Shown: positions 56,578 through 64,000 of the stretch, in pieces
Position numbering within the stretch: position 1 is the stretch's first letter
Layout of the letters: every line of letters begins with the position of its first letter
Source: a plasmid
Sequence record: NZ_LR134454.1
Direction: 5' to 3' (one strand)
Length of the DNA stretch: 64,000 nucleotides
Position numbers and translations under genes: made by a program
The notes under the pieces: generated by a model
Database searches by the model: none
Seen by the model: only the letters and a program-made list of their open reading frames with translations
What the model was told of the DNA's origin: nothing

Positions 56578-57693
56578 TCAGCGGGCGGGCTGCTGCTGCG
56601 TGGCGCAGTGGATCCCGCCGCCGCCCGCCGCCACGGGGTCGATGTCGAGCTGCACCACGTCGCGACCGGGGAAGAGCCGCTGCAGCGTCGCGCGCGCCTC
56701 GCCGTCGGTCTCGGCGTCGCCGAACTGCGGGCAGATCACCGCGCCGTTGCAGAGGTAGAAGTTGATGTACCCCGCGGCGAAGTCGTCGTCGGTGGCGTAC
56801 CGCTCGCGGACCGTCGACGGTGCGCGCAGCGCCTCCACCTGCAGCTTCCGCCCCTTCGCGTCGGTCGCGCCGCGGAGGATCTCGAGGTGGCGCTTCGTCA
56901 CCTCGTGGTCGAAGGAGTCGGGGTCGTCGTCCTGCGCCGCCACCACCGTGCCGGGCGCGGCGAACCGGGCGTAGAAGTCGGTGTGGCCGTCGGTGATGTC
57001 CTTGCCCTTGATGCCGGGCAGCCAGATCACCTTCTCGATCCCCAGCAGCTCGCCCAGCTCCGCCTCGACCTGCTGCTTCGTCCAGCCGGGGTTCCGGTTG
57101 TCGTTGAGTACGCAGCTCTCGGTGATGATCGCGGTCCCCTCGCCGTCGACCTCCAGCGCGCCGCCCTCGATCACCAGGTCCGTGCGCACCGCCTCCGCTT
57201 TCGCCTGCGCGGTGACGAAGCCGGCGACCTTCGCGTCGGCGTCGTGCGTCTGCTTGTTGCCCCACCCGTTGAAGTTGAAGTCGACGCCCGCGAGGCCCCG
57301 GTCGCCGGTGACGAACGTCGGGCCGGTGTCGCGGATCCACAGGTCGTCGAGCTCGGCGGGCACCAGCGTGACGCCCGGCGCGGCGCCGAGCAGCCCGCGG
57401 GCGGCGTCCAGCTGGTCGGGTCGCACCAGCATCGACACGGGTTCGAAGCGGCCGATCGTCGTCGCGATGAGCATGAGGGTCCGCTGCACATCGGGCAGCA
57501 GTTTCGCGCCCCACACGTCCTCGCGCGCGGCCAGCGCCATCCACGTCCGCTCGTGCCGGTCGCCCTCGTCGGGCATGCGCCACCGTCGCCCGCCCCGGTC
57601 CACGGGCGACCTCTCGGCCGGGGTGTTCGACGGTGCGCCGCACGCCGCCAAGGCCGCCGCCACCGCCGCCAGCAGGAAATTCCGTCGTCGCAT
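56578..57693 (-). CDS. agmatine deiminase / peptidyl-arginine deiminase (PAD_porph) family protein with Tat-lipoprotein signal
   Basis: Internal Met at 57693. N-terminus MRRRNFLLAAVAAALAACG. Catalytic C-terminal …GGGIHCATQQ (Cys nucleophile). Confidence 0.8.
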   Translation of the reverse strand: MRRRNFLLAAVAAALAACGAPSNTPAERSPVDRGGRRWRMPDEGDRHERTWMALAAREDVWGAKLLPDVQRTLMLIATTIGRFEPVSMLVRPDQLDAARGLLGAAPGVTLVPAELDDLWIRDTGPTFVTGDRGLAGVDFNFNGWGNKQTHDADAKVAGFVTAQAKAEAVRTDLVIEGGALEVDGEGTAIITESCVLNDNRNPGWTKQQVEAELGELLGIEKVIWLPGIKGKDITDGHTDFYARFAAPGTVVAAQDDDPDSFDHEVTKRHLEILRGATDAKGRKLQVEALRAPSTVRERYATDDDFAAGYINFYLCNGAVICPQFGDAETDGEARATLQRLFPGRDVVQLDIDPVAAGGGGIHCATQQQPAR

Positions 57694-57766
57694 CGCGCCA
57701 CCTCGTCTCGATGGTGCCGGCCCACCCGGCCCCGCCCGCTCATTCTCACCCGCATCGGCGCTCGGC

Positions 57767-57956
57767 GGGGGATTCGGCGCCGCGTGGGGGACGGCCGGTC
57801 CCCCACAGGAGGAACGGCGTCTGGTGGGGGATCGAACGCCGGGCAGGGGAATCGGCGCGGCGCGGGGGACGACGGTGCCGAGGCCGGCACGCGGGGAGCG
57901 ACGGAACGGCGTCTGATGGGGGATTGAACGCCGGGCAGGGGAATCGGCGCGGCGCG
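57767..57956. repeat. intergenic tandem repeat, period about 92 bp, two full copies (57811–57864 and 57903–57956 share 52/54 nt) plus partial sub-repeat copies
   Basis: Seen in the sequence as ggaacggcgtctg[g/a]tgggggat[c/t]gaacgccgggcaggggaatcggcgcggcgcg repeated. The second copy introduces a TGA, so it is not coding. Confidence 0.75.
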
Positions 57957-58099
57957 AGCGGCGAAGTCCCCAGCCAGGCCCGGTCATGTGCTGGTCACGA
58001 GCGCCGGGAATCGCAGGGCGGCCGAGGCACCGTCGGGCAACCGTTAGGCTGTGCGCAACGTTTCACGACCGCACCACCGTCGACCAGGAGTACCCACAC

Positions 58100-59080
58100 G
58101 TGACCACTGAGCCCCGCAAGTTCCGGTTCGCGGCCGGCGGCGCCGGCAACGCCGACGAGGGCGGCGCGCGCAAGTTCGTCAAGCTCGCGCAGGAGGCCGA
58201 GGAGCTGGGGTTCGACACCTTCGCGATCCCGGACCGCCTGGACGCGCAGGTGGGACCGCTGGCCGCGCTGGGGGCGCTGGCGGTGAGCACGTCCACGATC
58301 CGCCTGGCCACCTCGATGCTCGCGATGCCCTTCCGGCACCCGGCGGTGCTGGCGAAGGAGCTCACCACCATCGACGTGCTGTCCAAGGGCCGCCTCGAGG
58401 TCGGCCTCGGCCTCGGCGCCTTCAAGGACGATTTCGACCAGGCGGGCATCGAGTTCGAGTCCCCCGACCGCCGCTTCCAGCGCCTGGACGAGGGCCTGAC
58501 GGTGCTCGACGCGCTGCTCCGCGGCCAGGAGGCCGAGTTCGAGGGCGAGGTCTTCCAGGTCAAGGAGCTCAAGGGCTACCCGCGTCCGCGGCAGGGTCCG
58601 CGCCCGCCGATCGCGATCGGCGCCGGCGCCCGCCGCACGCTGGAGCTGGCCGCGCGCCGCGCCGACGTCGTCTCGATCAACCCGCGCAGCTCGGCCGAGG
58701 GCAAGCTCAAGATCTCGGACATGTCCATGGACGCCGTGAAGAACAAGGTCGAGATCGTGAAGGCCGCCGCGGGCGAGCGCTTCGCCGACATCGAGCTCTC
58801 CTGGTCGATCGCCACCATCGTGATCACCGACGACCGCGAGCAGGTCGCGGACTTCGCGCTCAAGGCCATCGAGCGCGGCCTCTCGGCCAGCATCGAGGTC
58901 GACAAGGAGGTGACGATCGACGACGTGCTGAGCTCGCCCTACCTCGCGATCGGCACCTTCGACGAGATCGCTGACCAGGTGCGCGCCACCCGCGCCGCGA
59001 CGGGCATGTCCTACGTCGGCGTGATCCCCACCCAGATGGAGGCCTTCGCGCCCGTCCTGGAGCAGCTCAAGGGCGAGTGA
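58100..59080 (+). CDS. LLM-class (luciferase-like) F420-dependent oxidoreductase
   Basis: TIM-barrel LLM pattern. GTG start at 58100 with CAGGAG 9 nt upstream. Confidence 0.8.
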   Translation: MTTEPRKFRFAAGGAGNADEGGARKFVKLAQEAEELGFDTFAIPDRLDAQVGPLAALGALAVSTSTIRLATSMLAMPFRHPAVLAKELTTIDVLSKGRLEVGLGLGAFKDDFDQAGIEFESPDRRFQRLDEGLTVLDALLRGQEAEFEGEVFQVKELKGYPRPRQGPRPPIAIGAGARRTLELAARRADVVSINPRSSAEGKLKISDMSMDAVKNKVEIVKAAAGERFADIELSWSIATIVITDDREQVADFALKAIERGLSASIEVDKEVTIDDVLSSPYLAIGTFDEIADQVRATRAATGMSYVGVIPTQMEAFAPVLEQLKGE

Positions 59081-59306
59081 GTCCCGTCCGTGCCCGACCT
59101 CACGGTTTTCGTCCTGCCCGACGGTGCGCGGTACGATAGTCGGGTTTGCGGATTTTCACAGCGTGGTAACACCCCGAACGGGTGAAACATGTTGCGGATA
59201 TCAAGCACTATGAGGTGGCGCACAGGCCCGCAACGGGCCGTCGCCGCCACGCGATGTATCACTGTATGACCGTCAGCCGCCCGGCGTCGGTGACGAGGAG
59301 CAATGC

Positions 59307-61217
59307 ATGAACAACGAGTTTGACCAGTTTCTGGACGAAGACGGCAACATCTTCTTCCGCCCCGGAACCACGCTGGTCGACTTCGTCGAGCGCAACGCAC
59401 GGGAGCGTGCCGACACCCTCGCCTACCGCTTCATCGACTACAGCCGCGAGCGCGACGGCGTCGTCCACGAGCTGACCTGGTCGCAGTTCGGCGCCCGCCT
59501 GCGCGCCATCGGCGCCCGCCTGCAGCACATCACCAAGCGCGAGGACCGCGTCGCGATCCTGGCCCCGCAGGGCCTGGACTACGTGACCGCCTTCTTCGGC
59601 GCCCTGTACGCCGGCAACATCGCGGTGCCGCTGTTCAGCCCGGACGAGCCCGGCCACACGGACCGCCTGCGCATCGTCCTCGAGGACTGCAAGCCCACCG
59701 CCATCCTCACGAGCTCCGGCTCCGCCGAGGCCTGCCGCAACTTCTTCCGCCACCTCCCGGCCAAGGAGCGCCCGCGCATCATCGCCGTGGACGCCATCCC
59801 GGACTCGGTGGGCTCGACGCTCAAGCCCTTCCCGATCTACCGCGACACCATCGCGTACCTGCAGTACACCTCGGGCTCCACGCGGAACCCGGCCGGCGTG
59901 CAGATCACCTACGAGGCCGTCGGCACGAACGTGATCCAGATGATCCACGCGCTGGACCTCAACGAGAACTCCCGCGGCGTCACCTGGCTGCCGATGTTCC
60001 ACGACATGGGCCTGCTCACGGTGATCCTCCCCGCTCTCGGCGGCAAGTTCATCACCATCATGAGCCCGTCGGCGTTCGTCCGCCGCCCCGGCCGCTGGAT
60101 CAACGAGCTGGCCGCCGTCGAGGACGGCGCGGAGACCTTCGCCGCCGCCCCGAACTTCGCCTACGAGCACGCCGCCGCCCGCGGCCTGCCCAAGGAGGGC
60201 GAGACCCTCGACCTGTCGAACGTCAAGGGCCTGATCAACGGCTCCGAGCCGGTCACCGTCTCGTCGATGAAGAAGTTCAACGAGGCCTTCGCCCCCTACG
60301 GCCTCTCGCCGAAGGCGATCAAGCCCTGCTTCGGCATGGCCGAGGCGACGCTGTTCGTCAGCTCGACCCCCGTCGAGAACGAGGCCCGCGTGGTCTACGT
60401 CGACCGCGATCAGCTGGCCGCCGGCACCTTCGTCGTCTCCGAGGAGGGTGCCGAGGGCGCCGTCCCGCAGGTCTCCTGCGGTGACATCGCGCTGAGCCAG
60501 TGGGCCTGCATCGTCGACCCGGAGACCGGCAAGGAGGTGCCCGACGATTCCGTGGGCGAGATCTGGCTCCACGGCATGAACATCGGCTCGGGCTACTGGG
60601 AGCGCGACGAGGAGTCCCGCGAGACCTTCCAGAACTACCTGACGCCCCTCTCCGAGGGCAGCCATTCCGAGGGCGTGAAGAACCTCGAGAAGGCCAAGTG
60701 GATGCGCACGGGCGACTTCGGCGTCTACCACGGCGGCGAGCTGTACATCACCGGCCGCGTCAAGGACCTGGTCATCGTCGACGGCCGCAACCACTACCCG
60801 CAGGACCTGGAGTTCACGGCGCAGGAGTCGAACACCAAGTACATCCGCACGGGCTACGTGGCGGCCTTCTCGGTGCCGGCCAACGAGCTGCCGGCCGCGG
60901 TCTTCGAGAACGCCCACTCGGGCCTGACCTTCGACCCGAACGATCAGAGCGAGCAGCTGGTCATCGTCGCCGAGCTCGGCGCCGGCGGCGCCAAGCAGGA
61001 CCAGCAGGCCCTGGCCGACGGGATCCGCTCGGCCGTCGGCGCCGCGCACGGCGTGCTGGCCCGCGACATCCTGCTGGTCCCCGGCGGCTCGCTGCCCCGC
61101 ACCAGCTCGGGCAAGATCGCGCGGCGCGCGGGCCGCGCCGCCTACATCGACGGCACCCTGCGCGGAGGCTACACGCAGACGGCGTTCCCCGACGCCGACG
61201 CCAACGACGTCCAGTAG
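59307..61217 (+). CDS. fadD32: long-chain fatty-acid--AMP ligase FadD32
   Basis: FAAL family. AMP-binding motif YTSGSTRNPAGV. FAAL-specific insertion. Immediately upstream of pks13, as in all mycolata. Confidence 0.95.
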   Translation: MNNEFDQFLDEDGNIFFRPGTTLVDFVERNARERADTLAYRFIDYSRERDGVVHELTWSQFGARLRAIGARLQHITKREDRVAILAPQGLDYVTAFFGALYAGNIAVPLFSPDEPGHTDRLRIVLEDCKPTAILTSSGSAEACRNFFRHLPAKERPRIIAVDAIPDSVGSTLKPFPIYRDTIAYLQYTSGSTRNPAGVQITYEAVGTNVIQMIHALDLNENSRGVTWLPMFHDMGLLTVILPALGGKFITIMSPSAFVRRPGRWINELAAVEDGAETFAAAPNFAYEHAAARGLPKEGETLDLSNVKGLINGSEPVTVSSMKKFNEAFAPYGLSPKAIKPCFGMAEATLFVSSTPVENEARVVYVDRDQLAAGTFVVSEEGAEGAVPQVSCGDIALSQWACIVDPETGKEVPDDSVGEIWLHGMNIGSGYWERDEESRETFQNYLTPLSEGSHSEGVKNLEKAKWMRTGDFGVYHGGELYITGRVKDLVIVDGRNHYPQDLEFTAQESNTKYIRTGYVAAFSVPANELPAAVFENAHSGLTFDPNDQSEQLVIVAELGAGGAKQDQQALADGIRSAVGAAHGVLARDILLVPGGSLPRTSSGKIARRAGRAAYIDGTLRGGYTQTAFPDADANDVQ

Positions 61218-61298
61218 CGCCCACCGGCGCTCGCACTCCACAACTTCATCACCCGCGACTGGGTAACCCACGGTCTCGACGCGAAGGGTAGACACAAC

Positions 61299-64000
61299 AT
61301 GGCTGAGAACGAGTACACCCCCCATGAAGGCCCGACCGGCAAGGCCCGCGAGGATCTGAGCCTCGAGGAACTGCGCGCATGGATGCGGCAGTGGATCGCG
61401 GATGCGACCAAGCAGCCCGTCGAGAACATCACGGACGACAAGTCGCTCGACGAGTTCGGCCTGGGTTCGCGCGACGCGGTCTCGATGGCGTCGGACATCG
61501 AGGACTTCACCGGCGTGCAACTGACGGCCACCGTCGCCTTCCAGCACCCGACGATCGCCCTGCTCAGCCAGCGCATCATCGACGGTGACCCGGTGGTCTC
61601 CGACGACGACCTCGCGGCCGAGGCGGCGCAGTACGACCGCGGCGAGGAGTTCGAGAACAACCGCGGCGTGCACGACGTGGCCGTCGTCGGCCTCGCGACC
61701 CGCTTCCCCAAGGCGGGCGAGACCCCCGAGTCGACGTGGGAGTTCCTCATCGGGGGTGGCGACGGCACCACGGATCTACCCGAGGACCGCTGGCTCGAGT
61801 TCAAGCAGGACCCGCGCCTGAAGGCCGTCCTCGACGAGGCCAACACCTTCGGCGGCTACCTCGACGACGTGGCCTCCTTCGACGCCGAGTTCTTCCAGAT
61901 GACCCCGCGTGAGGTCGAGATGGTCGACCCGCAGCAGCGGCTCGCGCTCGAGCTCACCTGGGAGGCGCTGGAGCAGGCCAACATCCCCGCCAGCTCGGTC
62001 AAGGGCACTCGTACGGGCGTGTGGATGGGCAGCTCCGCCAACGACTACCAGATGCTGGCCGTCGCCGACCCGACGAAGGCCAACCCGTACGCGCTGACCG
62101 GCACGTCGACCTCCATCGTCGCCAACCGCGTCTCGTACTTCTACGACTTCCACGGCCCGTCGGTCGCGATCGACACGGCGTGCTCGTCGTCGCTCGTCGC
62201 GATCCACCAGGCGATCCGCAGCCTCCGGGACGGCGAGACCGACATGGCCGTCGCCGGCGGCGTCAACATGCTCATCGTGCCCGCCGCGACGCTGGGCTTC
62301 GACAGCCTCGGCGCGCAGGCTCCCGACGGCAAGATCAAGGCCTTCAGCTCCGATGCGAACGGCATGATCCGCGCCGAGGGCGGCGGCGTGGTGCTGCTCA
62401 AGCGCCTGGCCGACGCCGAGCGCGACGGCGACGACATCCTCGGCGTGATCGCGGGTTCCGCGGTCACCTCCGACGGCAAGTCCAACGGCATCTTCGCGCC
62501 GAACCCCGAGGCGCAGGTGATCAACCTGCGCGACGCCTACATCGATGCCGGTATCGACCCGCGCACCGTCGACTACCTGGAGGCGCACGGCACCGGCACC
62601 ATCCTGGGCGACCCGCTGGAGGCCGATGCGATCGGCCGCGTCCTCGGCCGCGGCCGCGACGCCGAGAAGCCGTTGCTCCTCGGCTCGGCGAAGACGAACT
62701 TCGGTCACCTCGAGGCCGCCGCGGGCATCGCGGGCGTCGCCAAGGTGCTGCTCGCCATGCGGCACGGGCAGATCCCCGCCTCGCTGAACTTCACCAGCCC
62801 CAACCCCTACATCCAGTTCGAGGCCAATCGCCTGCTCATGGCGACGCGGAACACGGAGTGGCCCAAGTACTCCGGCCACCGTCTCGCGGGCGTCACCGGC
62901 AACGGCTTCGGCGGCACCAACGCGCACGTCGTGGTCAAGGAGTACGTGGCGCCCGAGGTCGTCGAGGGCGAGACCGAGTCCGACGAGGCCGCGTCGAACG
63001 CGGTGCCGGACTTCCACCCCGCCACCGTCGAGGGCACCGCGGTGCCGCTCGTGCTCACCGCCTACGTCCCGTCGCGCCGACGGGCCGCCGCCGCCGAGCT
63101 GCTCGCGTGGCTCGAGAGCGACGAGGCGAAGGAGTACACGCTCGCCGAGATCGGCCGCACCCTCGCGAGCCGCAACCACGGCCGCGTCCGCTCGGTGGTC
63201 ATGGCGAAGGACCTCGACGAGGCGATCAAGGGCTTCCGCGCGATCGCCGAGGGCAAGAACGCCCCGAACGTCATCTCCGCCAACCAGCCCGACGCGGCCG
63301 GCCCGGCGTTCATCTTCTCCGGCTTCGGCAGCCATCACCGCAAGATGGCCAAGCAGCTCTATCTCGAGGACCCCGTCTTCAAGCACTACTTCGACGAGGT
63401 CAACGCGCTCATCATCGACGAGTCGGGCAACGACTACGCCGACATGATCACCGACGACGAGCAGACCTTCCACATCGAGACCGGCCAGGTGGGCATCTTC
63501 GCCATCCAGGTCGCGCTCGTCGGGCTGTTCCGCCACTACGGCATCGAACCCGGTGTGGTGCTGCCGCATTCGATGGGCGAGGCCACGTCGGCCTGGGTCA
63601 CCGGCGGCCTCTCGCTCGAGGACGCGGTGCGCGTGATCTGCCAGCGCTCGCGCCTCATGGGCGAGGGCGAGGAGATGCTGCCCGAGGAGATGGAGCGCTT
63701 CATGGCGCTCGTCGAGTACAGCGCCGCCGACATCGAGACCGTGCTCGGCGACTACGAGGGCCTGGAGATCTGCGTCTACGCGGCGCCCACGCACACCGTG
63801 CTCGGCGGCCCCGGCAAGGTCATCGACAAGATCGTCGCCGAGACCGAGGCCAAGGGCCTGATGGCGCGGAAGCTGGTGACGCGCGGCGCTTCCCACACCT
63901 CGCAGATGGACCCGCTGCTCGGCGAGCTGCAGGCCGAGCTCATGGGCATCGAGCCGCACGCCCTGGAGTACCCGATGTACTCCACCGTGAACAAGGACGA
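61299..64000 (+). CDS. pks13: polyketide synthase Pks13 (mycolic acid condensase), 3'-truncated at window edge
   Basis: N-terminal ACP (GLGSRDAVSM), KS (DTACSSSLVA…HGTGT…GH) and AT (GHSMGE) domains. The frame stays open to nt 64000. Confidence 0.95.
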   Translation, partial: MAENEYTPHEGPTGKAREDLSLEELRAWMRQWIADATKQPVENITDDKSLDEFGLGSRDAVSMASDIEDFTGVQLTATVAFQHPTIALLSQRIIDGDPVVSDDDLAAEAAQYDRGEEFENNRGVHDVAVVGLATRFPKAGETPESTWEFLIGGGDGTTDLPEDRWLEFKQDPRLKAVLDEANTFGGYLDDVASFDAEFFQMTPREVEMVDPQQRLALELTWEALEQANIPASSVKGTRTGVWMGSSANDYQMLAVADPTKANPYALTGTSTSIVANRVSYFYDFHGPSVAIDTACSSSLVAIHQAIRSLRDGETDMAVAGGVNMLIVPAATLGFDSLGAQAPDGKIKAFSSDANGMIRAEGGGVVLLKRLADAERDGDDILGVIAGSAVTSDGKSNGIFAPNPEAQVINLRDAYIDAGIDPRTVDYLEAHGTGTILGDPLEADAIGRVLGRGRDAEKPLLLGSAKTNFGHLEAAAGIAGVAKVLLAMRHGQIPASLNFTSPNPYIQFEANRLLMATRNTEWPKYSGHRLAGVTGNGFGGTNAHVVVKEYVAPEVVEGETESDEAASNAVPDFHPATVEGTAVPLVLTAYVPSRRRAAAAELLAWLESDEAKEYTLAEIGRTLASRNHGRVRSVVMAKDLDEAIKGFRAIAEGKNAPNVISANQPDAAGPAFIFSGFGSHHRKMAKQLYLEDPVFKHYFDEVNALIIDESGNDYADMITDDEQTFHIETGQVGIFAIQVALVGLFRHYGIEPGVVLPHSMGEATSAWVTGGLSLEDAVRVICQRSRLMGEGEEMLPEEMERFMALVEYSAADIETVLGDYEGLEICVYAAPTHTVLGGPGKVIDKIVAETEAKGLMARKLVTRGASHTSQMDPLLGELQAELMGIEPHALEYPMYSTVNKD

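Noticed and set aside
57767-57956. Possible CRISPR array
   Set aside because: Only about 2.5 imperfect copies, no uniform spacers, no cas genes. It is treated as a MIRU-like tandem repeat.
59259-63959. 804-aa and 727-aa minus-strand ORFs
   Set aside because: Antisense to fadD32 and pks13, whose plus-strand products carry complete catalytic motifs. The antisense translations are Arg/Gly/Val-rich nonsense.

Overview
The window is about 70% GC and reads as chromosomal DNA from a mycolic-acid actinobacterium (order Corynebacteriales). It carries the hallmark cell-envelope genes glf, glfT2, a PAP2 phosphatase, ubiA (decaprenyl-phosphate phosphoribosyltransferase), aftB, an Ag85-type mycolyltransferase with LGFP repeats, two tandem cutinases, fadD32, and pks13 (3'-truncated at the window edge). 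The gene order largely follows the M. tuberculosis Rv3799c–Rv3849 region (sodA, an EspR-like HTH, glpQ, serS, pheA, Rieske/MBL, PlsC, Cof-HAD, then the glf-to-pks13 block), as recalled from memory. About 70 CDS are called, with no rRNA, tRNA, CRISPR, transposase or integrase. Items not explained by routine annotation are: (i) a translationally coupled triad of an EspR-like XRE HTH, an ImmA/IrrE-type HExxH peptidase and a polytopic membrane protein (5.7–7.9 kb); (ii) two DUF559 endonuclease-domain genes, each bracketed by long palindromic or direct repeats, including two copies of a 64-bp perfect palindrome at 39.0 and 40.0 kb; (iii) a 532-aa proline-rich/acidic disordered protein with a C-terminal roadblock/LC7 domain, ATGA-coupled to a Rieske-MBL gene; (iv) a candidate yybP-ykoY-type Mn riboswitch before a UPF0016 exporter beside sodA; (v) a roughly 92-bp-period tandem repeat in the divergent promoter region at 57.8 kb; (vi) an FAD-oxidase / GAF-GGDEF / alpha-beta-hydrolase trio inserted between aftB and the mycolyltransferase; (vii) a low-GC (~52–60%) first kilobase. 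Coordinates come from the ORF table plus residue offsets; start codons are frequently GTG or TTG and carry ±30 nt uncertainty.
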